A stretch of 64,000 bases of DNA from Polymyxa betae A26-41 (GCA_003693705.1 RBZT01000215.1:62001-126000), one strand, 5' to 3'; counted from the stretch's first letter, positions 49,887 to 64,000 are shown. The notes: generated by a model not told the origin, from the sequence alone. A program made the numbers and translations.

Positions 49887-50804
49887 TCAGAGGAAGAACC
49901 TCCTTCGGCTGGTGTCCATCTCAGGACGATGTTTCCATTCATATTCACCGCCGGTTGTATCAAACGTCCCATGCTGTAAGCTCTTCAGCTTCAATGTGAA
50001 TCTTGGTCCGAGCTCCTGCAGATCCACACATCGTCCTTGATCATCAAACATATAACGATGTTGTCTGAAGAACACGAAGTCGCGCTGGTTGTGGAATGTC
50101 ACGACACATCGGCCTCGGAATTCGGGTCGTGGATCGAATAAGGCGGCGAGCATCCGTCCCATGCGGTTGCCAAGACGAGTAGTGAAATTGTTGAGAATCA
50201 GCTCTGGTTGATGATTTGTCATAACACCATGACCAGATATATCAGCATTCAGCTGAACATTTGTGAGCTTAAAATGAGCAGTTGGTCCACCTGGAAGATG
50301 GATGAGCAGAAGGCCATTGAGATCTTTACGATCTTCGTTAAGAATGATGAGATCGGTGAAGCCTTTCTCGATGGCCTGCTCCACGATCGTCTTCACTTCA
50401 AACCCGCGACGTTTGTAGAAAGACGAATTCGGAATAACCTGCAGAAGGTCGCCGATGAACGAGAACGATCGCGAGGTCGGTTTACGACACGTGGTTATGG
50501 CGATCTTTGGAGGCGCCTGTTTGGCGAAATACGCCGAGAACTCGTCGATGGCGTTCTCAGCCTCAATCTCTTCATCGCCGACCTCTACGATCGTATCGTC
50601 AGCTTCGCGTGTGTTGTCCTGCGTCCGCTGGGCCGGTACGTCCAGGACGACATCGGGGTTGTCGCGTCGCTGTTTCTGGCGCTGTTTGCGGGCCTGGTTG
50701 GACTCTTTGGCCTTTCGGGCTTTCAGTTGCTGGAACACAGCTTGACGTTTGATCTTGTTACTGATCTGGTTGACGCCCTCCGCTGATATCGACGGCCCCT
50801 TCAT
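49887..50804 (-). CDS. RPF1: Ribosome production factor 1 (Brix domain), intronless
   Basis: KIAITT, IHLPGGPTAHFKL, PELILNNFTTRLG, VVTFHNQRDFVFFRQHRY, LQELGPRFTLKL, SRRRFFL. Confidence 0.95.
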   Translation of the reverse strand: MKGPSISAEGVNQISNKIKRQAVFQQLKARKAKESNQARKQRQKQRRDNPDVVLDVPAQRTQDNTREADDTIVEVGDEEIEAENAIDEFSAYFAKQAPPKIAITTCRKPTSRSFSFIGDLLQVIPNSSFYKRRGFEVKTIVEQAIEKGFTDLIILNEDRKDLNGLLLIHLPGGPTAHFKLTNVQLNADISGHGVMTNHQPELILNNFTTRLGNRMGRMLAALFDPRPEFRGRCVVTFHNQRDFVFFRQHRYMFDDQGRCVDLQELGPRFTLKLKSLQHGTFDTTGGEYEWKHRPEMDTSRRRFFL

Positions 50805-51147
50805 GGTCGGGCGCTGAATTTCTTGGCAGGATTTCGCTTTCCAGGCGCCTTCGTCGTCAGTTGTGGGTCGCAGTCCGCACGGAGTCCAGAATTTCGCGTT
50901 GTTTTTTTAATTACTTGCAGGGCTGTGATAAACTGCGTCTGTTGCGCTGTTTTTTGGAAAGTTTCAAATTCAACGAACTGCGCCTGAGTTTAAGTGGGTT
51001 TCTTCTTGTGTTTTCGGTCCCTATGTCATGAAAAGTAACCTCCATGGCTGGATGGGATTTAACATTATTTCTTGATGATTGATGGCCTTAATAACTCTTT
51101 ATAATGTATAACGAAGGCCGGACGAAGCCAGTTAGAGACAACTTTGA

Positions 51148-51772
51148 ATGGCGCCATCGAATCATTCGACAGCAGCGATCGAACCCGGTTTGCTGCGTTC
51201 AGCAATATGATGGTGCCCGTCCCGATTATCCAGCCCAGTCGATCGATTTCTTCATCAATGAGTTCAATCTAGGCCCAGATCGCGCATTGCTCGACCTTGC
51301 AGCTGGCACTGGCAAATAAGATTCAAGACTCGTGGCGAATACCAGAGACCGCTGATGTCGATGGCTTCCGGGTCGGATGATGTCGTCGCCTGTACCTAAT
51401 CATGGCTCTGATTTGATGCCCGACCAGCCCTGAGCGAAATTCATCGCCTATTGCCACCCCAGGGTGCTCTGGTTTGAATCGGCGCCCTTGAACATCATCT
51501 CAGCAGATGGAAGCCGATAAACCCAGCCACACCCGAACCCGGCCCGTATTTTCGAAACTGGTCGAAGAGCATGGCTGTTATGGACCATTAAGGCAGGTCC
51601 TGTTCCGATACGAACATAAGCTGACGCCTATCTGTTTTAGGATCGGATCTTATCGCAGAGCTATGTTGGCGAGATGATCGATGCTGATTGAAGTTGACAT
51701 CCTCATCTTACAGGATAATCCAGTTTTATTTTGTCCCATATTACCGAACTTTCACATTGCTATAAACCATGA
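51148..51772 (+). pseudogene. Degraded class I SAM-dependent methyltransferase
   Basis: YDGARPDYP...LLDLAAGTGK*, then DDVVACT*SWL*FDARPALSEIHRLLPPQGAL: motif I and post-II are present but broken by stops, frameshifts and an apparent deletion. Confidence 0.8.
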
Positions 51773-52190
51773 AATCCAGCGATGTCATATGCTGTTGACT
51801 TCGTTTCCCAGTCATTAGCAGTTTTTAAAGAAGATTCTCTATCTTTTGAATAGAACTTTTCAATTATTACCGCTGAAGAAATAAAACAGTTGTACTTCCT
51901 TAATTTTGGTGATAAACAATGCTCCAGTTTTGAAATAATCTGCATTGAATATTGCATACGGCGTTTATTGGTTAAAACCTTTCAGCATTCATACAGAATG
52001 TGAAAAGCTGTCGGGGAACAAATCATAACCAATTGTGTGGTTGTATATTGGTACTATTCACTACGAGAATAGCATTTTTTGTAAAAGGAACAAGTTCAAT
52101 ATAACGGTAGATAAACCAACCCTGCAGCAGAGAAATGTTTCGGTGTTATCTCGGAGTCTTACCCAATAGGGTTCCCACTAAGCATTGACA

Positions 52191-52483
52191 ATGTTTCGAG
52201 GCCCATTGTTCCGTCTACGACCGTCAACGGCTTCGCGGCGTTCCTTCTCTGTCGATCTGCAATCAGAAGCGGATCGCGAAGCCGTGAAACGGTATATTGA
52301 TGTATCTGCTCGTCGATTGGGCGTCGCGTTTTCAGTGATGGGGGCTGTCGCCGTAAGCATTATTGCCGATTTTGAGTATATAATTTAAATTCGTTGTAGT
52401 ATTTTATGATGGTTCGATACAACGATGGTGATGTACAACCGAGCAAGGAAGCCAGTCAGCAAGTCGCAAATAAGCAGCCGTGA
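52191..52483 (+). CDS. Small single-TM protein with mitochondrial presequence-like N-terminus (intron 52353-52399)
   Basis: MFRGPLFRLRPSTASRRSFS...RRLGVAFSVMGAVA/YFMMVRY..., with a GTAAGC donor and TTGTAG acceptor in frame. Confidence 0.6.
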
Positions 52484-52847
52484 ATTTAAAGGTCTGAGAA
52501 AGCTTCACAATACAGTAGGGCTAATAAACTAGCCGAAAGCTTGGAACCAAACGAGAATATTCCACAGCGCGATGAGTGTCATTGCATCCACACGTTGCGA
52601 TTCAATTCCCATAATTCTTATCTGAAATAATGCAACACCAGTACATAGCGACGCAATTGATCATTTATACGACAATCTTGGCAACAAGGTATTCTAGCGA
52701 TTGCAGACGAGTGAAAGTAACTACACTAGAGAAGGCGAGAGGTTTTAAAAATAGAGCACACAACCTTGCATTTATTAGATAACCAGACCGAGAAACAGAA
52801 ACAATGTTGGACTGGCCCAGGGATTGGACAATAAGTAGAGATTGAGT

Positions 52848-54287
<1,440 letters not shown>

Positions 54288-55901
54288 GATGGTGGAGCTG
54301 GCGACCGACTAGGTTTATCACTCTCACCAACAACGACAACAACAAGACGCCCGATAGAATAGTGCGGATCCAATAACACAATGGAGTGACGGGCAGCAGT
54401 CAGGATCGATCGAATGCGCGAGCACCAACTCTGTACACTCGAGCTACGATCCAGTGTACCCGGGGTGCGACCTCGGACAGGGTCGGATTCCCGCCTACGT
54501 CCGGGTTTTCCAGTGATCTACAAACGCTGGCAGGCGGACAACCCTTAATTTGCAGGCCGCGCCCCCCGGCGCCCTTCGCAATTTTGGCGCGAATCTCATC
54601 TGCGGCCGGATTAAACGCCCGCCATTTTGATGGCTTATATCGTCGATTTCGATCAAGACTGACAGGAGATTATTGATATCTTCGTCCCAGTTAGCATCGA
54701 ACATTTCCGTCATGATCGGGATATGTTTCTATCGCCTTTGTTCAAATCTCCGAAAAAAGTAAACATTCTGAAACATCTTGCAATGTCTAATTGCGATCTT
54801 TGTATGCTAAAATCGAGTCTGGGCAAATGTTGCTCATCCTCTACGAGGATGGATTTGATGGCGATTTCTACAGTTTATGAATACACTGGCATGATACTGC
54901 TTTATACGACTACTTTCACATTCTTAACTCTGAGATCAAATAGTATCCTAACGACATCGCTCACAATACATCAATATAATATTAATCATTGATAAAACAA
55001 GATACTTCCATTAAGCACTTCCACATCAGCATAATTCCTAACCTTACTGCCTAATCGGCATATTAAAGTATAGTGAGAGACCGAAGGCGTGAGCAGCCGC
55101 GACGAAAGATGGCGTCTGGTAGGGCCAGGACTTCCAGCGATGTATGAGTACGGCGGCAGATTCAAAATACTACTCGTCTCGGTCGCGATCGTCGACATAG
55201 TCTGGATCGGGACGGTCAGCGTACGTCGTTGATGGTAGCTGTAATAAAATGCTGAATAGGGCTCAGATTTTATATAGATTTATACCATGAATCTGACTAT
55301 AGTCTCTTAAGTTAGCATGTATTAGGGGCAAACAATAAAGTCGGATTCCAACGGTCGCTTTTTAACACTTTTGCCTCCTAATATTTGGGTGTAACAAACA
55401 AAGCCTAAAAAAGTAGGATAACATTTCCAATTATAGCTATACAGCAAATATATTCTAAGCACAATCGATTGTGTTGCAATATGGTCGATGCTCAGAGACA
55501 TGAGTTCTGGCGGACTAGTGAAGGCCTTGGAAATCTTCGTCTAGAACAATTTACGTAGGAATGGAAATCAACAGTCACAAGTCGTTTCTCTGAAGCGGTA
55601 ACCAATCTGAATTCGAAGAATACTTATCCCGGGTCTTTTTGTAATTGCTACCTACCCATAACATGTCAGGTAGCCGTCCCGTTGAATTTAATTTTTGTCA
55701 AACAATGCATTTGCAAAAAATTAAGAAAATCGTGAACTGATAGTAAAGATCAAGATGCGAAATCGGTCAACGAATGTCGCGCATTTCTCGTTGACCGCTA
55801 ACCCAAGTTGCAATTGACATTCCAGAATCATCAGCAAAATAGTCTGTATATATTGCCTGGTGTGAAGGATGTTGGGTTCCCGGCCTTTATCCATTTTAAA
55901 G

Positions 55902-57030
55902 ATGTCATCAATGGTGCAAATTCCACTGATTGCGAAGGTGAGTGGTGCTCACTCTGCATTGGCCGATATTTAGTATTTGACAATCGTATAGTGGTGCTAT
56001 CATCTGGCTGTCTCTGGCGGTGACATCGTACGACATGTTGCCGAATCTGGCCGTCTCAATGTCACGAACAAGGCCGACCTGAACGTTGATTTCGACCCGA
56101 CGACGGATGCTGACCGACAGGCGCAGGCCTGGATTATTGGAAATCTACGCCATCAATTCCCAACTATAGCCATTATTGGCGAAGAAGATCAGTATGATTG
56201 TGCTTCTGCATTAGCTAATATTCCGGAATCTGTCGATCATGACCCCTATGTAAGTTCTTCGATTCAATTCAATTCAGTCTTATTCAAGTCCGAATTTTGC
56301 AGTTTTTGGATTCTGCTTGGGATTCAAATTTGATTTTTGCAAAGCCCGAAGATGTTCGCATCTTCGTTGATCCAGTTGATGGCACGAAAGATCTAACAAA
56401 AGGCTCTCACGAGGCGGTCACGACCCTGATTGGTATCGCCGTCGCTGACAAGCCTGTCTATGGCGTTATCCATTATCCATTCTCTGGGAAGACTGTCCAT
56501 GCGGCAGTTGGTCATTCAAACCATCAAAACGCTGTCAAATCGGATCCTAAATGTCAGCATCTCTCAGAATCTGTTTTCCGGGGTTTTTATTGTTTCTCGC
56601 TAGGTGCTGAAGATAATATTGTCGTCACGACAAAGTCGCATTTCGACGACTATCTCAAGTCTTATTTTGAGGAGCTTCATCCGCAGCCTAGCAAGGTCCT
56701 TCGAGTTGGAGGCTGTGGTCATAAAGCAGTGCTAGTTCTGGAAGGTTAAAATGCAGAGCTCAATCTGCTGGGTGGTTGAATGTTGTAATAGGCGATGCTG
56801 ATGCATATGTGTATCCACGTGAAGGAACGAAGAAATGGGATACCTGCGCCCCTCATGCAATAATTCGGTCATTCAATGGTCATTTCGTAGATCGTTATGG
56901 CAATGAACTTACGTATGATGCTAATTCTCCAATTGGCAATGAGGATGGAATGATCTGTACGATGGCTGCTGACCCCTCTCTTTATACTTTGACTGCAAAT
57001 GATCATTCTAACCCGTCTTGCTCACATTGA
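55902..57030 (+). CDS. BPNT1: 3'(2'),5'-bisphosphate nucleotidase (BPNT1-like, inositol monophosphatase family), multi-exon
   Basis: DPTTDADRQAQ, IIGEED, FVDPVDGTK, VTTLIGI, VGGCGHK, KKWDTCAP. Confidence 0.88.
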
Positions 57031-57147
57031 TGTAAAAGTTCCTTCAGATTCTGAATACCCCGAATATTGTCTTTTGAGTTATGAACACTTGCAGTATGTA
57101 GAAGCATTAGTGTACTTTTATTTAAAGTGATATGAAGCTCAAACTTG

Positions 57148-58713
57148 CTAGACTTTAGGGGTTTCAAATGTGTCCAACTTCTGCAGCAGCGTTTCCGAGT
57201 AGTTCGGCGAGTAGTATTGCACAATCTCAACTGGATAGCAACTGTTGATCGTGTTGATATAAGATTGTAGTTTCGAGCTGTTTTCAGCCTTCAATTCCTG
57301 AACTCTCTGTAGACCTCCACTCTGGACGAAGGACTTTCTCGATTGAGGATCATTCGGGAGGACTTTGGCAAATTGCTGTACGAGGTATTTCGTGACTTTC
57401 GGTGGCGAATCATGTAGCAATGGCTCTAAAGCGGGTGTGTGCGTGCATTTCTGGACAACAGTCTTCAAGGCTCTCTGTGCCTTAGATTTCAGATCAGCAG
57501 ATCCTTCGTCAGGTAAGGTTGTCGCGGCGTTATAAACTTGAATCATTCTTCGGAACACGTCTGCTTTAGCCAGCGCTTTAGCATGCTCTGGGGTATGTCG
57601 CCCTATCTGTCCTAACGACCAACATGATGCGGCTTTGATATGCGTTTCGGGCTCGTTGACAAGTGCATCTTTTAAAGGTAAGATTCCTTGATTGACGATA
57701 ATTGCCAAGGCGAGCGTTTCCGAGAATGCAGCAATATAGCCCAGCGCCATTATACCAGGCAGACGTGTGTTGCCCTTTGTCTCACTGATGTAGTCAATGA
57801 TGGCTGCATGACCACCTGCATTCACAATCAGCTTAGCCAGTTCTGGAGCGTGCTTGGCGACGTCTCGAATTAATGTGGCAGCATTCTTTCTGACGACCAT
57901 GTCGAGATCTTTCAAACAACCCAATACTTTGGGGAAAACATCAGCCTCCACGACCACCTCGGCGAGATCGACAGAATGCTTCGCAACCTGAGCTAAGGCA
58001 GCGCAGACCTGTCGCTTAAGTTTGCTATCTTGGTGCTGAATCAATGGTGCTAAAAACTGGACAGCTCCAGAGTCTACAACGACTTGAGCTAATTCAGAAG
58101 AATGTTTGCTGATTTCGCCCAAGGCAGCAGCAGATACTCTCTTCAGGCTCAGCTCCGGTTCTTGTAAACACAAAACCAATTGGGGAACTGCACCAGCGTC
58201 TACCACGACTTGGGCTAAATCAGAATTATGTCTTGCGATATAATGTAAAGCCCATGCTGCTCCTTCCTTCACTGTAGGTTCAAATTCTGACAGGCATCCT
58301 ACAAGGGCTACCAACGAGCCTGCATCGACAACAGCTTGTGCAAGTTCTGGAGAATGTTTCGCCACAGATTTTAACACGAACGATGCCGCTTTCTTATAAT
58401 AGCGATTCTGCTCGGCTAAAGAATAGACGAGCTGGGGGAGAATTTCGTTCATCACAACAGCTTCTGCTAACGCCTCCGAATAGTTAGCCAGGCGTCCTAA
58501 AGCAATAGCCGTCGACTGCTGAATTGAAGGTACGGTATCAAGTAGAAGTGGTCGAAGCAATGCCATCACACCAGCATTCTGGAGTGCTTCAATATTCGCC
58601 GGACGGATCGCTAGTTCGGCTACAGTTTGAACAAAGGTCGTCCTAGACGCTTGATATTCTTCGAACACCTGCAAAATCGACCGGCTCGTCATGCTGGCTG
58701 CTTGCGCTGCCAC
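57148..58713 (-). CDS. SPAG6: Axonemal central-pair armadillo protein SPAG6/PF16, intronless
   Basis: ILQVFEEYQASRTTFVQTVAELA.RPANIEALQNAGVMALLRPLLLD, ARM repeats, and C-terminal EIVQYYSPNYSETLL. Confidence 0.97.
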   Translation of the reverse strand: MAAQAASMTSRSILQVFEEYQASRTTFVQTVAELAIRPANIEALQNAGVMALLRPLLLDTVPSIQQSTAIALGRLANYSEALAEAVVMNEILPQLVYSLAEQNRYYKKAASFVLKSVAKHSPELAQAVVDAGSLVALVGCLSEFEPTVKEGAAWALHYIARHNSDLAQVVVDAGAVPQLVLCLQEPELSLKRVSAAALGEISKHSSELAQVVVDSGAVQFLAPLIQHQDSKLKRQVCAALAQVAKHSVDLAEVVVEADVFPKVLGCLKDLDMVVRKNAATLIRDVAKHAPELAKLIVNAGGHAAIIDYISETKGNTRLPGIMALGYIAAFSETLALAIIVNQGILPLKDALVNEPETHIKAASCWSLGQIGRHTPEHAKALAKADVFRRMIQVYNAATTLPDEGSADLKSKAQRALKTVVQKCTHTPALEPLLHDSPPKVTKYLVQQFAKVLPNDPQSRKSFVQSGGLQRVQELKAENSSKLQSYINTINSCYPVEIVQYYSPNYSETLLQKLDTFETPKV

Positions 58714-59049
58714 TACTCAGATGGCAATATCAAGAATCAGATAGTACCACATCAGGATCGAAGACCCGATTCTAGTACGGTTTGCCAAATCAACTATCTT
58801 TTGGGAGACCAGCACTGGAATTACTGGAAAACAAATAAATGTGCATGTTCAAATGTTTTAGAAGTGGCAAACATACAAGATATGAGAGGTGAAGATCATA
58901 GCTACAGTAGATGTAGTTTATACGATAGAGATTAGAGCAGCAGAGGATGAGCAAATCAATGACATGAGAGGGTTCCGCCCTTAAGAGTCGCTTGCCGCCG
59001 CTGAGTTAAGTGCGAATCATTACAGGTAATTATCATTGCCGATTCGAAT

Positions 59050-60569
59050 ATGACTCTCTTTGCACCGGGGTCTGCCTATCAGGTCCCAGTTTATATCCTA
59101 GGCTTGGGGCAGGTTGGTAGACAGCTCGTGCAGGATTTGCTTCAAGCTGCACCAACGCATGCTGAGCAATTCAATACTATTTTCCAATTTCGAGGCCTGT
59201 TTGATAGTAATGGAGCCGTCATTGATGACCAATTTCTTGACGAAGATTTGGTGAAGGTATTGCTAGCGGTACAACATCTCAAATGCTCAAATTTCTTTCC
59301 ATAGTCTATTCTTCAATGGAAACAAGAAGGGAAAGCGCTCAAAGACCATGAGAAGGGAATCAGCTGTACCACTGATTTACTTATTGGCAAAATTGAGAAA
59401 ACTGCCATCGTAGTAGACACATCTGCAACTGAAAAGACAATACCATTATTACTATCTGCTATCGGTTCCGGTGCTGGAGTCGCCATAGCTAATAAGAAAC
59501 CCGTCACGTCAACATCCGATGTGTTTCAGGTCAGCTAAGTGTCTCTCGATTACAGCATAGAAGTGAAGTGCTCCTTTAGAAATTGAACAGCCCGCAAGGT
59601 TTTATCGGAATTGAGTCAACGGTCGGCGCAGGCACGCCCATCATTGCTTGTTTAGACAGGCTTCTGGCCAGTGGAGATCAGGTTGTTTCACTCTTATCCG
59701 AGCTCATTCACTATCTAATAGCGATCAGGTCATTTTTATCGAAGGAACATTGAGTGGAACGCTAGGATTTCTAGCTACCGAATGGGAAAACGGAAAGCCT
59801 TTTAGTATTGCAGTTGAAGGTAATATCACCTGCCCTGAATAATGTATTTTATTCCAATTTCTTTCTCTCTATGTAGAGGCATATAATCTTGGATACACTG
59901 AACCAGACCCCAGAGATGATCTCAGTGGCATGGACGTTGCAAGAAAAGCTCTGATTTTGGCGCGTAAATGTGGTGCTACTAATCTCGAATTGGATGATAT
60001 TCTTGTCGAGCCACTCTTCCATCCAAATTTACAAAAGTTGCCAATTCCTGATTTTCTCGAGGTAATTAACGCAGCCGCAAAACATCTTAAATGTTAATGA
60101 CCCTGCAGTCCTTGTCTGGTCTCGACGACAGTTTCAACCAAAAGATTGCTGCTGCCACAGATAATGGGTGTGTAATGCGATACGTTGCTCGTATCGAGTT
60201 GAATTACCCTAAATCTGGGTCAAAGTCAAGACCGAACGCCAAGATCACAGTTGGTCTTCAAGAGGTTCCAATTTCCAGCCCATTGGGTCAACTGTCCGGA
60301 ACAGATAATCTGGTTGCCTTTACTACAAGGTTTTTAGCAGCTGTCCGTTGCATAAGGTTTTTCTAACTTGTAGTAGCACGTATGATTCAAGCCCATTAGT
60401 CATTCGTGGTAAAGGTGCTGGTGTGAAAGGTAACTAAGTGATCTCTTCCTGTCATTCTATGATAACGTTGTATTATTCAGTGACAGCTTCTGGTGTAATC
60501 GCCGACATGATCCAAATATCGAAGTGGCGGCAATCCAATTGTCTGTATGATCGTTTGCAGAGATCTTAA
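59050..60569 (+). CDS. Monofunctional homoserine dehydrogenase, multi-exon
   Basis: [89 protein letters not shown]. Confidence 0.93.
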
Positions 60570-62640
60570 ACTAATAAAGCAGATACGCCAGAATCAGTAG
60601 CTGCTGTTCTGCTCCATTGGCTTACACACAGAGATTGTGCTAAATTTCCGGTAATTGCAGAAATTCAGGGTTTTGAATGCTTGACAATCAAACACTTTGG
60701 TCCAATGCCTATTGGAATCGACTATCTTAAGTTCTTTGCACACCATAATGCCGTTGACCTAACTATTGTCGCGATCGATTCTGTCGAGCATTAGCCCAGG
60801 ATCCCCGGGCACCGACGCTCGAAATCATGCGGTTGAGGTTGCACAGTTACTCTTTAGTGACAGGTTTATTTCTTTCTTCTGGGTCGACTCCCAGGAACTT
60901 CATCGTAAGCAAAATTGCAGGTGACGGAAAGCTTGAGCAAGCCCACTTCGTGCTTCTCCTCGCTCGAATCGCTGGACCAGGAGTTGCACCGCCAGCACCA
61001 TCGTCCTGTTATATATCGAAGTCGCCGTATGGCAGGAATTTGTCTAGACTTGGCAATTTATTATTCGACTCAAATTTCAGGTCAACTGCAAAAGCTCACC
61101 TCAGTATCTACTATCTTGAGCGCTCTTCCGCTCTTTGCTGGGTATTCGTTCTTTCAGACAGCCCCTTCCAGTCCAACCGTCGGCACGAAATCAATCGCCT
61201 CTTATTGGCTTATCGAGGTCATCTGTTACCTGTGAAAGCAGCGATAGTATAAAAGAAATACTGCAAGTCCTCTTGTTGTTGCTTTCTCATCTTTGAATAA
61301 GACTACTGATTCATTCACATTTTTTCCATGTTCGCCTTCATTATCAGTTGCATTGTACGTAATCGCTTTCCAGTAAGGTTGACACTTTTCTACAATAACA
61401 TTAAAAAACATTCTGGTTTGGCTGATTAGCAGGGGCCCTACCACCCACCTTATTCGATCAAGCATTTCTTGATTTGTTCCGAAGACAATGACTGCTGAGC
61501 GTTATTCCATCAATGAAAAAAGTAATCGAGTAGAATCTCCTCTTTCATGTCACGAAAGGTAATTGTCTGTACTCATCTGATAATATAGGCATCTTTGACA
61601 GGTGTATAAATTCAACAAAAAATGACAAGCCAATGATTGGTGGATGTAGAATGTAGACGGTCCCTGCGGGTCCCGCCATCAAGGGGATACCGTTACATCC
61701 AATGTGTTGAGTTGATGGAACCCTCCCCAATACAGTGTGGTAGAGCGGCGAGCTCAACTCTCGCTAATGCTCTTCTGTATACTGATTCCGTTACAACCCT
61801 AGCATGATCGATATAGAGTCGTAAGACAGCTGCTTGGGCTTTATGGTTAGTGATAGTGATATTGTATTCATAATCCATCAGCATTAGAAATTAATTAACA
61901 CCGTTGCAAAGCCAACGTCCACAAGTTCGCTCTATCCCCGGACTCGTGATGTTTGCACCAGCTTGTGCACAAAGGGGAATCCATTGATTTGCCCGCCACA
62001 ATACTTGGGGGTGTTGGACCAGAGGGCATTTCTTGTCTGTGCCACCAAATCCGTTACGAAGTCAGCTCTTCTTCAGCTGAATCCGCACCTGCAACTCAAG
62101 TTCAGCCATCTCACCCAAAATTCTCAACTGTTGCAGCGGTCAAGTCATTGAAACCCCCTTTTCTGCACAAGCTGGGGGGCGGCTTTACAGATTATGAGTT
62201 GCGGGCAAGTCTTTAGGCCCCGACGTCATTGCCATTGTCTTTATCTATCGTCAAGGTACTGGACTTTGAATGTTATCTCAGCTGGATGCTACTCAGCCGC
62301 ACCTCAATTAGATTGTCTTCGACGTGAGTTCAGTTGCATCACATTAGTTTTAAGAAGCTCGCACAGGATCAGATAGCTATAACATCGTCCTTCTCTTGAC
62401 GCCTTTAGCAATATGATCCGAATACCCCCAATGGCGTCAATCCAAGTGTTAATGACAGTTGGATCGATGACCGTTCATCTGATGTATGTAGTTATTGTAG
62501 TATCAATATCTTGTATTCAGCAATATTGTATCAATATCTTTTGTTTCTACAGAACGCTTTGACATTGACTCACGCATGTAAACGTATCACATTTATAACT
62601 ATCCAGATTCTGGAACATTCTTTCACTACACTATTGCATA

Positions 62641-63099
62641 ATGGAATTTGCTAATCTTGGCTCTCACTGCACTGTAAACAGCTGTCGACAGTATGATTTT
62701 CTGCCGCTCACCTGTGATCGTTGTCACGTCATCGTCTGCAAAGACCACATCACTGAATCGGCTCACAACTGTAAAAACCCATCTCGCAATGGACACACGG
62801 TCGCATGCCAAATTTGCCACCAAATCATTGCTGTTAATGCTTCTGTTGATCCGAACGATGTTATGTCACGACATATCGATGCAGGCTGTCAAGCGCCTAA
62901 ATCTTCATTTCAGACTGGTTGCTGTTTTAAGAAATGCAAACAAAAGACGATGGCCCTTGTCGAATGTCACTCCTGCAAGAGACGATACTGCCTGAAGCAT
63001 CGTTTGCGAGAAGATCATGCGTGCGAGAAGCAGTTGGCTTGCAGATCTCAGGCAACCAGTGTTGCTGTCCTGTCACGCTTGTTGCGGGTTCACACTTAA
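62641..63099 (+). CDS. AN1-type zinc-finger protein (ZFAND2/AIRAP-like), intronless
   Basis: MEFANLGSHC....CRQYDFLPLTCDRC....CKDH.....HNC, a central C2HC finger, and a second AN1 finger YCLKHR..EDHAC. Confidence 0.92.
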   Translation: MEFANLGSHCTVNSCRQYDFLPLTCDRCHVIVCKDHITESAHNCKNPSRNGHTVACQICHQIIAVNASVDPNDVMSRHIDAGCQAPKSSFQTGCCFKKCKQKTMALVECHSCKRRYCLKHRLREDHACEKQLACRSQATSVAVLSRLLRVHT

Positions 63100-64000
63100 A
63101 AAATCATTGCTATCCTTTCGAAGGTGAGCGCATGAAGACAGGCTTAATATTTATACATATAATTCAATATTAATTACAAATGCAATCTGCTTTCTTTGAC
63201 ACGGAACGCGAAAATTCGGCCGAGCCTGTAAACAAGAAAAACCCCAGTGTATGGCCCAGTATAACAGCACAGAACATTCCAACATCAACTAAACCACGTC
63301 AATTAAATAAGCACAGATTATTCCATGGTCATACACGTCATTATGATTAACATAACTAGGCAGCTCAAAGTGACACGTATTAATTCTAAGAAGGAACGAG
63401 TCAACTGCTGTTGGGCGGTGAAGTAGACGACAGAGTTCGGCGTCAATAAGCTTTCAGTTTGACTATAACCGGATATAAATTCACAGACCGAGACAGAAAT
63501 TTGACTGGAAATACTCGGTCGGAGAATATTGGGATAAGGGGCATGTGATTTTAGCAACAAAGTATTTGTCCAGCTTGACTTGAAGTAGCTGAACAAAATG
63601 CACAAGCAATGCAAAGCAGATCACGATGCCAAGAGAAAATATATAACCTAATATCGAAGAGTTGGTTCAGGCAGATAAGGAGTAATTCAGTACAGACAAG
63701 GGAACGATGTGATCTTCCAAAAGCTGAACAGGACGTGGATTCCATGCCAGTTGGTCGAAAACCACATGGGCATCATCATCATCGTCATGACTAGCAAAGG
63801 CACTGACGACTACAACGAGACAGATTTTACTATGACAACGAGATATTTGAATAGACAACCCTAAGGGGGCTTGACCCCTCCTATTCAAGTCTTATTTAAC
63901 AATTAAAAGACAATCTCGTGTTACATACAGTATGTATACAGTTATGGACTACCAGTAATTGAATTATAAAAGTACTCTAGGTGATTCAGATACAACATCA

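Noticed and set aside
62501-62540. Short direct repeat TATCAATATCTT
   Set aside because: A simple local duplication in an AT-rich spacer.
63318-63888. Minus-strand membrane-protein-like fragments and a plus-strand His-rich ORF
   Set aside because: There is an in-frame stop with no clear intron model, and the His run is just a (CAT)n microsatellite. It may belong to a gene outside the window.

Overview
Gene-dense eukaryotic nuclear DNA, not prokaryotic. About 35 protein genes are separated by very short spacers and split by many ~45-60 nt GT-AG introns. Axoneme and centriole genes (SPAG6/PF16, CFAP210-like, CEP70-like, Sfi1-like) imply a flagellated stage. The compactness, intron size and beta-tubulin F200 suggest a protist such as a plasmodiophorid (Phytomyxea); this is inference only. 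Recognisable genes: bacterial-type PrpB, NC2-beta and NC2-alpha, AcpS, DDX11/Chl1, two DH-PH RhoGEFs, a CtlX-like amidinotransferase, VPS37, an AASDH-like A-T-PQQ enzyme, holocytochrome c synthase, C2orf69-like, HAUS8/QWRF-like, BolA, Pumilio, SF3B2, RPF1, beta-tubulin, BPNT1-like, homoserine dehydrogenase and an AN1 zinc-finger protein. Best candidates for novelty: (1) a DH-PH RhoGEF ending in a complete WH2-Central-Acidic (WCA) Arp2/3-activator tail (34641-36470); (2) an unusually long, structured SF3B2 intron with bipartite complementarity to a conserved LSU rRNA segment; (3) a stand-alone voltage-sensor protein lacking the Hv1 Trp; (4) a gag-like remnant with a PPT and mini-LTR directly upstream of a host gene. 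All family calls come from motif recognition by eye, with no database searches. Multi-exon boundaries are manual and approximate.
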